In this document: in pieces, positions 50,709 through 59,188 of the stretch | Layout: the number at the start of each line of letters is the position of its first letter | How positions within the stretch are numbered: the stretch's first letter is position 1 | Assembly: GCA_965228895.1 (NCBI GenBank) | Contig: OZ245842.1 | Span: 3,136,001 to 3,200,000, forward strand | Source of the DNA: Alphaproteobacteria bacterium | GTDB lineage: Bacteria; Pseudomonadota; Alphaproteobacteria; SP197 | Reading direction: 5' to 3' | DNA length: 64,000 bases | Notes under the pieces: model-generated | The model's database searches: none | Seen by the model: only the letters and a program-made list of their open reading frames with translations | Told to the model about the DNA's origin: nothing | Made by a program: the position numbers and the translations under genes

Positions 50709-50979
50709 CGGCAAACCACCTCGCATCTACGACAACCACGGACAACGCAGTTCAACCGACGCGACAGGTCCGGCCTTACATGCGCTCAACGCCTGCTGTT
50801 CTAGCGCGGTTGGCGCCGGACGGCCATACGCCAGTGGTTGACGAACCCAGCGGTCGGAACAACGGGCCAACGCGGCGCGGGAGATAACTGCGAAGGCCGC
50901 TGCCAGCAAGCAGCAACCGGCCCGAACGCGCCTTTCGCGGCATCGGTCCAAGACTTCACCATCAAAGCGAAACGAGGTC

Positions 50980-51114
50980 CTATGCGGCCGGCCGCTTCTT
51001 CTTGGTTGCCATGAAGACGCCGAAACCCGCGACAACCATGCCAACCCACGCGAGCGGCGGCATGATCTCGTCCAGCACGGTCCAGGCAAAGGCCGCCGCC
51101 ATGAGGGGCTGCCC
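50980..51114 (-). pseudogene. C-terminal remnant of a DMT/EamA transporter
   Basis: Frame reads GQPLMAAAFAWTVLDEIMPPLAWVGMVVAGFGVFMATKKKRPAA*, matching the last two EamA helices. Confidence 0.65.
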
Positions 51115-51123
51115 AGGTGGTCG

Positions 51124-51804
51124 TCAGCCGGCGGCGACCGGCGTGAAGTCGCCGGTTGTCTTGTTCAGCCAGTGGAGTTCGCCTTCGGCGATCGAGAACC
51201 AGGCGCCATGCAGATCGAGGCTGCCCGCTTCGACGGCTTCGGCAACGAAAGGGAAACTCTTCAGGTGATCGAGTGATTGTTCGATTGCCAATCGCTCGAG
51301 GATGCGCAGACGTTCGGACTTCGTCAGACCGTTATCGCATGCCTGCATCGCGGCGCGCGCCGGCGCCAGAAGATCGACCCACGGACCGATGAACCGGCCC
51401 TGGGGCATGTTCTCGGCCGCCAGCGCGGCAGCCACGCCACTGCAAGAGCCGTGACCCATGACGACGATAACGTCGACACCGAGCACCGTGACGGCAAATT
51501 CAACCGCCGCGGACGTGCCGTGGAACGAGCCGGTCTCCGGGTGGTGGGTATCGCAAGGCGGCACGATGGCACCGACATTGCGCACGACAAACAGTTCACC
51601 CGGCGCGGCCGAAAAAATCGTCGCCGGATCAACCCGGCTGTCGGCGCAGCCGATGATCATGGTGCGCGGCGCTTGTCCTTCGGCGAGTTCGCGGAACAAC
51701 GCCGACTGTTCGGCGTATCGCCCCTGGCGAAAGCGTCGGTAGCCGCGAAGCAGGCGTTCGGGCACCAGTCTGGGCTGTGTTGGTGCCGTGGTGGTGACGG
51801 TCAT
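51124..51804 (-). CDS. Beta-class carbonic anhydrase
   Basis: GCADSRVDP, GELFVVRNV, VMGHGSCSG. Confidence 0.92.
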   Translation of the reverse strand: MTVTTTAPTQPRLVPERLLRGYRRFRQGRYAEQSALFRELAEGQAPRTMIIGCADSRVDPATIFSAAPGELFVVRNVGAIVPPCDTHHPETGSFHGTSAAVEFAVTVLGVDVIVVMGHGSCSGVAAALAAENMPQGRFIGPWVDLLAPARAAMQACDNGLTKSERLRILERLAIEQSLDHLKSFPFVAEAVEAGSLDLHGAWFSIAEGELHWLNKTTGDFTPVAAG

Positions 51805-51841
51805 GGGACGCCCCTGTCGGAAGTCTTCGTGCTAGATCGCA

Positions 51842-52153
51842 TCAGAACCGCTCCGCGCGCAAGACCTGACAGTCGCTAACGGCGACAACGCCGATATGAC
51901 GCTCGACGACCTGGAAGATGGAATCCAGAAGGCCGTCTAGCCGATCGGGTCGGATGACACAGACAACCTGCACCATGCCGCCGGCGCGCCCGACCTGGCC
52001 TTCGCTGCTCCAATGGCCCGAGCGACCGGAACCGCCGATGACAGGCAGAATCGAATAGCCGGTCACGCCCGCCGCTTCGATCGCGTCCGTCAGCCGGCCT
52101 TTCATGGGCGCTTCGATGATGATGGCCACGCGTTTGGCTTCATGGGTTTCCAT
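51842..52153 (-). CDS. sbtB: PII-like protein SbtB
   Basis: AKRV.III E, AGVTGYS, GGSGRSG, SDCQVLR.ERF; directly downstream of sbtA. Confidence 0.8.
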   Translation of the reverse strand: METHEAKRVAIIIEAPMKGRLTDAIEAAGVTGYSILPVIGGSGRSGHWSSEGQVGRAGGMVQVVCVIRPDRLDGLLDSIFQVVERHIGVVAVSDCQVLRAERF

Positions 52154-52157
52154 GGTT

Positions 52158-53141
52158 CTAGACTCCCGTAATCGCGCGCGCGACGGCAAGGTAGATGGGT
52201 AACCCGAGGATGAGATTAAACGGAAACGTAACCCCGAGCGACAACGTTAGATAGACCGCCGGATCCGCCTCCGGCACCGCGACGCGCATGGCCGCCGGCA
52301 CGGCGATATAGGAGGCCGAGGCCGACAGCACCATCAGAAGCATCACGCCGCCTGTGGAGAGGCCCAAGAGCGCCCCCGCCCCGGCACCGAACAACGCGCC
52401 GATGATGGGCATTAGACCGCCGAAGAGGAGCAATCCGGGCGTCATGAGTTTGCGGCTTTCGCGCAAACCCCGCCCGGCGATCAGGCCCATGTCGAGGAGG
52501 AACAGGCAGAGCGCGCCCTTGAACGGCGCGACCATGAAGGCCTCGATTTCGGCCAGCCCCTCTGGCCCGGTGATCATGCCGATGGCGAAGGCGCCGACCA
52601 AAAGCACGATGGAGCCGTTGAGCAAGATTTCGCGCCACAAGGCGCCATCCATGCGCGACGTGCCGCTGGAGCTCAGCAGCCAAAGCGCCGAGAGGATCGC
52701 CGGCGCCTCCATGGCGGCGGCGACGGCAACCATGAACCCCTCCGCGGCGATCCCCTGAGTTTCCAGAATCGAGCTTCCCGCCACGAACGTGACGATCGAG
52801 ATCGAGCCGTAGTGCGCGGCGACCACCGCCGCGTTGGTGCGGTCCAGCCGCGTCATCACGCGAAGCAGGCCGAAGGCGACGAAAGGCAATCCGGCCGAAA
52901 GGATGATACCGGCGGCAAGCGTCGAGCCGAGATGAAAATCGATGCCGTGTTCGGCGACGGAAACGCCGCCCTTGAACCCAATGGCAAAGAGCAGATAGAT
53001 CGAGAGTGCCTTGGCGGCGGCCTCGGGAAACGTGAGCTCGGAGCGTGCGAAGGCGGCGGCGACACCCAAAACAAATGCCAGGATCAGCGGCGATCCCAGA
53101 TTCTCCAACGCAAGCCCGAAAAACCCTTCCACCAACACCAC
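52158..53141 (-). CDS. sbtA: Sodium-dependent bicarbonate transporter
   Basis: SIYLLFAIGFKGG, AHYGSISIVTF, MEAPA, SASYIAVPAAMR, TFPFN. Confidence 0.9.
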   Translation of the reverse strand: MVLVEGFFGLALENLGSPLILAFVLGVAAAFARSELTFPEAAAKALSIYLLFAIGFKGGVSVAEHGIDFHLGSTLAAGIILSAGLPFVAFGLLRVMTRLDRTNAAVVAAHYGSISIVTFVAGSSILETQGIAAEGFMVAVAAAMEAPAILSALWLLSSSGTSRMDGALWREILLNGSIVLLVGAFAIGMITGPEGLAEIEAFMVAPFKGALCLFLLDMGLIAGRGLRESRKLMTPGLLLFGGLMPIIGALFGAGAGALLGLSTGGVMLLMVLSASASYIAVPAAMRVAVPEADPAVYLTLSLGVTFPFNLILGLPIYLAVARAITGV

Positions 53142-53229
53142 CCCGCTGCCCGAGAAATCCGCCCGCTCCTATGTCGAACTATCGGTCCATTTGCAACTTG
53201 TATCGGGGATTGGAGCGAGGTAGCGGCGC

Positions 53230-53583
53230 CTACTGCTGCTCGCAAATGACGGGGATGTCGTTCATCCATTCCATCGCGATCATGATCTCGTCCATCGGGA
53301 TTTCGGCCTGCAGCGCGTCGGACGCCTCCCGGTCGTTGGTGACCTGGGCGACCACCATCTCCTGCTGCTTCGGGGTAAGGTCAAGCCGCGCTCTTTCGCC
53401 GACGCACGCGCAGCCGCTGTCGGAAAGGTTAAGTTGAACTCGGCACTCCGCAACCAGCGTGTCGGCGGCATCGGGAGACGAGGCGTCGGCAGCGGTGCCG
53501 CCGGCGTCGGGGGCCGATTGACAGGCCGCGACGAGCGAAGCCAGCAGAACGACGGACGCAAAGACGCCATGGCGTTTGGCCAT
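53230..53583 (-). CDS. 4-Cys small lipoprotein, array paralog 1
   Basis: Lipobox-like LVAAC; C-x10-CxC...WM-x3-P-x2-CE. Confidence 0.8.
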   Translation of the reverse strand: MAKRHGVFASVVLLASLVAACQSAPDAGGTAADASSPDAADTLVAECRVQLNLSDSGCACVGERARLDLTPKQQEMVVAQVTNDREASDALQAEIPMDEIMIAMEWMNDIPVICEQQ

Positions 53584-53633
53584 CGCTCCCCTTCTCCCGA
53601 CCAGACGTCGCAACGTTGGCGCGGCGGCCGCGG

Positions 53634-53957
53634 TTACGGCTGCTCACAATCGGTGGGGGCGCTCATCATCCACTCGGCCGCCTGGGTCATTTCTTCGACG
53701 GTCATGCCCTGCATCAGGCTGTCGGATGCGGCTTTGTCATCGGTCACCTGGGCCAGCACAAACTCTTGCTGAGTCTCCGAAAGATCGCGGCGTGCGCTTT
53801 CACCGATGCAAGCGCAGCCACTATCGGAGAGCTCAAGTTGAACGTGGCATTCGTCCACCAGATCATCCGCGGCGTCCGCGTGCGCCTGACCAGCGATGAG
53901 GCCTGAAGCCAGTAAGGCGCCGAGGACGGCAGCGCCGAGACGGTGTGACGAAATCAT
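53634..53957 (-). CDS. 4-Cys small exported protein, array paralog 2
   Basis: Signal peptide ending AHA; same Cys/Trp motif. Confidence 0.8.
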   Translation of the reverse strand: MISSHRLGAAVLGALLASGLIAGQAHADAADDLVDECHVQLELSDSGCACIGESARRDLSETQQEFVLAQVTDDKAASDSLMQGMTVEEMTQAAEWMMSAPTDCEQP

Positions 53958-54066
53958 GATCTTTCCCCTATCGCTGATCAGCAGAAATCCACGGGTGACC
54001 TTTTAGGCCGCGAGGGCCGATCTGTCGAACGACCGGAGGTAGATGAGAGAAAACGCCACTGTCTTG

Positions 54067-54387
54067 TCAGTCGAACTCACATTTTGCCGGCGCATTGTCC
54101 ATCCAATCGCCGACATCGAAGACTTCTGTATCGGTCATCTCGCCTTCGAGTTTGGTGGACGCGGCTTCATCGCCGGTCAACTGCGCGACGACGTAGCCGC
54201 GCTGCGTTTTCGATAGCTCCTTGTCCGCGCTGTTGGCGATGCACTTGCACACGCTTTCGGCCAACTCAAGCTGGCCGAGGCAGGCCTTAACCAGCGGGTC
54301 GGCGGTTTCGGCCCGGGTCCCGGCTGAGAAAGCCAGGACGAGAACCGTGCCCGCCACGGCGACCCAGGACAGCGATGGCTTGGTCAT
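54067..54387 (-). CDS. 4-Cys small exported protein, array paralog 3
   Basis: Signal peptide; same Cys/Trp motif. Confidence 0.8.
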   Translation of the reverse strand: MTKPSLSWVAVAGTVLVLAFSAGTRAETADPLVKACLGQLELAESVCKCIANSADKELSKTQRGYVVAQLTGDEAASTKLEGEMTDTEVFDVGDWMDNAPAKCEFD

Positions 54388-54441
54388 GGTGTTCCCTTCC
54401 CTACCGACCAGCGAACGATCTCGTCGGCCGACTGCACACGC

Positions 54442-54765
54442 CTACTCAAACTCGCACTCGGCCGGCACTTGGTCCAACCAATCCAGAGAATAGTCGATTT
54501 CCTCGTCGGTCAGGTCCTGCGCGATCTCGTCGGCCACGGCGTCATCGCCCCAGACCAGCGCCAGTACGAAGTCCTGCTCATCCAGACTGAGCTCTTCGGC
54601 TGCGCTGTCGCCAAGGCACTCGCAGGCGCTCTCTGTCATGTCCAACTGAATGAGGCATTCCTCAACCAACGCCTCGACCGCATCCGCGCGTGCGGTTCCA
54701 ACAAAGAGAGACGAAGTGATGAGTGCACCGGCGATCGCGGCGCAGAACATACGAGCGTTGAGCAT
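54442..54765 (-). CDS. 4-Cys small exported protein, array paralog 4 (very acidic)
   Basis: Signal peptide ending ARA; same Cys/Trp motif. Confidence 0.8.
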   Translation of the reverse strand: MLNARMFCAAIAGALITSSLFVGTARADAVEALVEECLIQLDMTESACECLGDSAAEELSLDEQDFVLALVWGDDAVADEIAQDLTDEEIDYSLDWLDQVPAECEFE

Positions 54766-54907
54766 AGTGTTCCCCTGCAAAGTCTTTGTTGAACAAGCGT
54801 GTAGAGGACTCGACATGTCGGCCCAGAACGGGCCTGAGACAGATTGCCTGCGCCTTGTTTACGACGGCCAAATGCCGCTGTCGATCATCCCTAAGACGGT
54901 CTGCCGG

Positions 54908-54936
54908 TTGACACGGCCCGGCGACACACCTATGTG
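54908..54936 (+). promoter_or_regulatory. Sigma70-type promoter for the thrS leader
   Basis: TTGACA-17 bp-TATGTG, ending 7 nt before the leader ATG. Confidence 0.6.
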
Positions 54937-54943
54937 AACGCCC

Positions 54944-55021
54944 ATGTTCGGCTGGAATGCACAAACGTGGACGACCACGACGACCCGCAAAGGCGGGCCG
55001 CTGGGTTGTCGCGCGCGCTGA
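54944..55021 (+). CDS. Thr-rich leader peptide MFGWNAQTWTTTTTRKGGPLGCRAR
   Basis: Six Thr codons (five consecutive) directly upstream of a terminator and thrS. Confidence 0.85.
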   Translation: MFGWNAQTWTTTTTRKGGPLGCRAR

Positions 55022-55051
55022 ACGCCGCTTAGATAAAACACACACCCATTG

Positions 55052-55080
55052 GCCCCGCCGGCGACGGACGGGGCTTTTTT
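55052..55080 (+). terminator. Attenuator terminator upstream of thrS
   Basis: gccccg...cggggc followed by tttttt; 5' arm can alternatively pair with 54992-55006. Confidence 0.85.
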
Positions 55081-55124
55081 GTGTCCGGCCTCCGTCCACG
55101 CCCACGATGCAACGGAGACAAGAC

Positions 55125-56300
55125 ATGGACGAGAACGATCATAGAGCCATCGCCAACCGGATGGACCTGTTCCACCAGCAGGAGGAAGGTCCCGGTATGG
55201 TGTTCTGGCATCCCCGAGGATTCGCGCTCTACCGGATCATCGAGGACCACATCCGCGGCCACATGAAGCGCTCAGGCTTTCGCGAAATCCGCACGCCACA
55301 GCTTTTGGCGCGCGAGCTGTGGGAAAAAAGCGGTCACTGGGAAAAGTTCGCCGGCAACATGTTCGTCATCGACGACGACGAACACGCCCATGCGCTGAAA
55401 CCCATGAGCTGTCCGGCGCACGTGCAGGTCTTCAACAAGCGGGTGCGCTCGTTCCGCGACCTGCCGCTTCGTCTCGCCGAGTTCGGCGCCTGTCACCGCA
55501 ACGAACCGTCCGGTGCGCTTCATGGCCTGATGCGCACACGCGCGTTCGTGCAGGACGACGCGCATATCTTCTGCGCGCCCGATGATGTCGAATACGAGGT
55601 CGCGCGGTTCTGCCGCATGCTGTTCCAGATCTATGACGCGTTCGGCTTCGATGATGTCGCCGTCGCGTTTTCGACACGACCAGACAAGCGCGCGGGATCA
55701 GACGAAGCCTGGGACTGCGCCGAAGCCGCCCTGGAGGCTGCCGCCAAGGCGGCCGAACTCGACTATCGAGTCGACCCGGGCGAAGGCGCGTTTTATGGAC
55801 CCAAGCTGGACTTCCATCTGCGCGACAGTCACGGGCGCGACTGGCAGTGCGGCACCGTGCAGCTTGACCTGGTGCTGCCCGAACGCCTGGACGCCAGCTA
55901 CATCGACAGCGACGGCCAGCGCGCGCGTCCGGTGATGATCCACCACGCGGTGCTGGGCAGCATCGAGCGTTTTATCGGCATGCTGCTGGAACACCATAGC
56001 GGCGATCTGCCCCTGTGGCTGGCGCCCGAGCAGGTTATTGTCGCGAACATCACCGACGCCTCGGCGCCTTATGCGCACGAGGTCGCATCGAAGCTGGAAG
56101 CCGACGGCTTGCGCGTTGCACTCGATGTGCGATCGGATCGCATCGCCAAGAAGATCATCGATGCGCGCAGCGCGGGCATCCCGGTCCTGGCCGCCGTTGG
56201 TGAGCGCGAAGCACGCGACGGCACGGTCTCGCTTCGCCAGCGCGACGGCAGTCAAGACGTTGTGGCTCTCAACGACGCGGCCTGTGTCTTGGCTCCCTGA
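55125..56300 (+). CDS. thrS: Threonyl-tRNA synthetase, short form lacking TGS/editing domains
   Basis: Begins at the DHR motif; SGHW, KPMSCP, HRNEPSGALHGLMR, QDDAH, GEGAFYGPK, WQCGTVQLD, LGSIERF; GGAG RBS. Confidence 0.93.
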   Translation: MDENDHRAIANRMDLFHQQEEGPGMVFWHPRGFALYRIIEDHIRGHMKRSGFREIRTPQLLARELWEKSGHWEKFAGNMFVIDDDEHAHALKPMSCPAHVQVFNKRVRSFRDLPLRLAEFGACHRNEPSGALHGLMRTRAFVQDDAHIFCAPDDVEYEVARFCRMLFQIYDAFGFDDVAVAFSTRPDKRAGSDEAWDCAEAALEAAAKAAELDYRVDPGEGAFYGPKLDFHLRDSHGRDWQCGTVQLDLVLPERLDASYIDSDGQRARPVMIHHAVLGSIERFIGMLLEHHSGDLPLWLAPEQVIVANITDASAPYAHEVASKLEADGLRVALDVRSDRIAKKIIDARSAGIPVLAAVGEREARDGTVSLRQRDGSQDVVALNDAACVLAP

Positions 56301-56374
56301 GCGCGCCCGGTACGGCCCGGCATTGCGTGAACTTTGTGGTCGCGTAGAGTGCAGGATTCGATGGGGGAGCCTTC

Positions 56375-57913
56375 ATGGAAGATCGCTACGCCAAGAAATG
56401 GCGCGCGCTGGTCGGCATCAGCCTGCTTTCGTTTATCGTTTTCATGGATTACGGCATCGTCAACACGATTCTGCCGGGCATCCAGGCCGACCTCCTGGCG
56501 AGCGTCAGGCAATTGCAATGGGTCATGAACGTCTTCTTTATGACGCTTGCCATGTTCATGGTGACGATGGGGCGTCTGGGCGACATCTATGGCCGCCGGC
56601 GCGTGCTCTATATCGGCGTTGTCGTCTTCGGCGTCGCCTCGGCGGTGTGCGGCGCGTCGCCTGACCCCGCCATTCTGATCGCCGCGCGTGCGGTGCAGGG
56701 CACGGCGGCCGCAATCGGGCTGACCTGTGCGGCATCGCTGGTCACCCATGCCTTTCCGGAGGACGAGAAAGGCCGCGCGCTCGGTTTCTTCATGAGCATC
56801 ACCGCCGTCGGCATGGCGATCGGCCCGGTGATCGGCGGTTTCTTCCTGTCGTTTCTGTCGTGGCGCTGGGCGTTTTACGTCAACATTCCCGTCATCATCG
56901 TCGGCTTCATGATCTGCCGTGGCGCGGTGCCGGAAACGCCGCGCCTGCTGAGCGAAAAGGTCGACTGGCTGGGCCTGTTGTTCCTGGTGCCGGGCATCGG
57001 CGTCATGGTGCTGGCGATCATGCAGGGCAATAGCTGGGGCTGGGGCTCCGACGTCATGATCGCGCTCTATATCGTGACCGCCCTCTGCCTGGTCGCGTTT
57101 ATCGTTGTCGAGAAGCGCGTGGCCTCGCCCATCGTAGACCTTAAACTTTTTCGCCACCCAATGTTCCAAAGCGCGGTCTTCGCCGGCTTCGGCCTGGGCG
57201 GCTTTATCGGCATCGGCACGTTTCTGCCGGCGCTTTTCCTGATCAACATCCAGGGAATGCCGGCCTATGTCGCCGGCATGATGCTGCTGCCGATCACCGT
57301 GCTTGTCATGATCATCCCGCCGGCGATCGGCAAACTGGTCGACGCCAGGGGCCCGGCCGGTTTCATGATCCTGGGTCAGGCGATCCTGGTGATCGCCGCA
57401 GTTGTCCAGGTCTTCTTCGTCCCGGCGTCGCCGGCCTGGTTCGTGCTGCTGGGGCTTGCGCTGTTCGGCCTGGGCTGGGGTTTCCAGCAGGCCTCGACGG
57501 CGGTCGCTGCTACCAGCGCACTGCCGCCCGAAGCGGCCGGGCTTGCCATCGGCTCGCTGTGGACGTTCTGGAACATCGCCTCGTCGATCACGCTCGCGGT
57601 CGGTGGCATGATCCTGCGCGTCGTCGATCAGTCGCGCCTGGACGCGTCGCTGGCGGCGAACAACATCTCGCTCAGCAACCAGCAGCAGCATGTCATCCGC
57701 AGCCTTTTGTCGGACCCCAGTCGCGCAGAACAGACGCTGGGCGAACTGCCGGCCAAACTGTCGACGGAAATCACGCCCCTGTTCCACGACAGTTTCACAG
57801 AAGGCTACAACGGCGCCATGCTGTTCATGGCGATCTGGTGCGCGGTATGTCTGATCGGCACGATCCTGACCGCCATGCGCGGGCGCAAGGCCACTGCAGC
57901 AACGCCAGACTGA
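56375..57913 (+). CDS. MFS efflux transporter, DHA2 (EmrB/QacA) family
   Basis: D.GIVN..LP.I, GRLGDIYGRRR, GPVIGG, WRWAFYVNIP; about 14 TM. Confidence 0.9.
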   Translation: MEDRYAKKWRALVGISLLSFIVFMDYGIVNTILPGIQADLLASVRQLQWVMNVFFMTLAMFMVTMGRLGDIYGRRRVLYIGVVVFGVASAVCGASPDPAILIAARAVQGTAAAIGLTCAASLVTHAFPEDEKGRALGFFMSITAVGMAIGPVIGGFFLSFLSWRWAFYVNIPVIIVGFMICRGAVPETPRLLSEKVDWLGLLFLVPGIGVMVLAIMQGNSWGWGSDVMIALYIVTALCLVAFIVVEKRVASPIVDLKLFRHPMFQSAVFAGFGLGGFIGIGTFLPALFLINIQGMPAYVAGMMLLPITVLVMIIPPAIGKLVDARGPAGFMILGQAILVIAAVVQVFFVPASPAWFVLLGLALFGLGWGFQQASTAVAATSALPPEAAGLAIGSLWTFWNIASSITLAVGGMILRVVDQSRLDASLAANNISLSNQQQHVIRSLLSDPSRAEQTLGELPAKLSTEITPLFHDSFTEGYNGAMLFMAIWCAVCLIGTILTAMRGRKATAATPD

Positions 57914-57998
57914 CTGTCGTCACCACATCGTTGTTCACTAAAGCGCGGCAATGGCAGACTTCGGATCATTTGGAACGGTGTATGAAAGGTAAATCTTC

Positions 57999-58949
57999 AT
58001 GAGATATGTTGTACGGGCCATCGCGGCCGCTCTCGTCGTTTGGGTGGGCGTCGGTTTCGCGCCGACGACCATGGCGCAGGACCATCCGCCGGCGGTGATC
58101 TTTGAAGGCTTGATGGACAACTTCTTCGGCCAGGACAACGGTCTCGTGGTCTTCGGCACTTATGACATCGCCTTTGCGCCGGAGGGCCAAATCGATGCCA
58201 TCGTCGGCGTCGTCAATTCCGACGGCGAGGTAATGGCGCAGTTCCCGTTTTTCCCGGATTACAAAATTCACGAGGGGGTGTTCGGACGCATCCAAGTTGT
58301 TGGACCGGCCGACGTTCAATTGACCGAACCTGGTATCTACACGATGGTCTTTGTCGTGGACGGCGAACCGATCACACGGTTTCCGTTTCTGCTGGAACAG
58401 ACCGGTGACGGTTCGGATCCTTTCGATCCCGAAAAAACCTACGCCTTCGACGGATACTGGCGCACGCTCGCTCACATCACGACCGGCAGTGTGAACGATC
58501 AACCAATTCCGATATTTTCGATTTGGCTCGGCGGCGTCGATATGCCGACGCCGGATACCTTCCAGGAGTACTTCGCGGCCGAACTCATGCGCGATGGCGT
58601 GCTCATTGCCCATGCCCAAAAGCAAACGAGCTCCTACAGCAATGGTCAATTCAGGCGCCAAGAGGTCATCATCTACCAGCCCCATGAGGAAAATCAGGCG
58701 CACAACGCCATTGCGTTCACCATGGCCGACATGTCTGTTGACGGTTCCTATGAGCTGAACATCAGTCGACAATCCGACGGCGGCCTGTTGCGCAGTTACC
58801 GCTTTACGGTTTCCGGCGGTGAGATCGTACCTTTGCCCCGGACACAACTGGGCTTCGAACCGGCATCCGACTACATCGTGCCGCGAGTCACGCGTAAAGG
58901 ATCGACCATCTACGAGTTCGAAGAAGTAATCTGGATCGCCAGTGAATAG
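57999..58949 (+). CDS. Exported hypothetical protein (beta-rich, acidic)
   Basis: Signal peptide ending TMA; 316-aa ORF, no recognised motif. Confidence 0.75.
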   Translation: MRYVVRAIAAALVVWVGVGFAPTTMAQDHPPAVIFEGLMDNFFGQDNGLVVFGTYDIAFAPEGQIDAIVGVVNSDGEVMAQFPFFPDYKIHEGVFGRIQVVGPADVQLTEPGIYTMVFVVDGEPITRFPFLLEQTGDGSDPFDPEKTYAFDGYWRTLAHITTGSVNDQPIPIFSIWLGGVDMPTPDTFQEYFAAELMRDGVLIAHAQKQTSSYSNGQFRRQEVIIYQPHEENQAHNAIAFTMADMSVDGSYELNISRQSDGGLLRSYRFTVSGGEIVPLPRTQLGFEPASDYIVPRVTRKGSTIYEFEEVIWIASE

Positions 58950-58972
58950 CATGGTGCGATCAAGAGCATGAG

Positions 58973-59001
58973 TTGACCACGCGCCCGCAACGGCATAGAT
59001 A
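58973..59001 (+). promoter_or_regulatory. Sigma70-type promoter for the metG leader
   Basis: TTGACC-17 bp-TAGATA, ending 5 nt before the leader ATG. Confidence 0.55.
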
Positions 59002-59006
59002 GAGGC

Positions 59007-59087
59007 ATGGTCAATCTGACGAACCTTTCGGCCGCGATGATGAAACCGCACATGATGCATGGGGCGGCTTCCTTCGTTATGTCCTGA
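59007..59087 (+). CDS. Met-rich leader peptide MVNLTNLSAAMMKPHMMHGAASFVMS
   Basis: Five internal Met codons including two ATG-ATG pairs, upstream of a terminator and metG. Confidence 0.8.
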   Translation: MVNLTNLSAAMMKPHMMHGAASFVMS

Positions 59088-59116
59088 CGACACCAAGAAT
59101 TACCTGACCACGAAAC

Positions 59117-59148
59117 AAGCCGCCTCCTTCGCGAGGCGGTTTTTCTTT
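59117..59148 (+). terminator. Attenuator terminator upstream of metG
   Basis: aagccgcctc-cttcgc-gaggcggttt followed by ttcttt; 5' arm can alternatively pair with ggggcggctt at 59061-59070. Confidence 0.85.
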
Positions 59149-59188
59149 GTCGAATGCCGTCTTGCGTCTTGGCGCAGCGGAGAACGAC

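Noticed and set aside
50727-51089. 120-aa minus-strand ORF
   Set aside because: Composition is not protein-like; the coding signal lies in another frame (the DMT remnant).
50980-51804. Stop-codon readthrough or selenocysteine fusing carbonic anhydrase to a membrane tail
   Set aside because: The TGA is in frame with the DMT remnant, but that has a one-in-three chance; CA is complete and no SECIS-like hairpin is evident.
54957-55124. N-terminal extension of thrS in the ORF track (and 59147-59188 for metG)
   Set aside because: The thrS extension runs through the attenuator and neither extension resembles a synthetase; GGAG RBSs support starts at 55125 and 59189.
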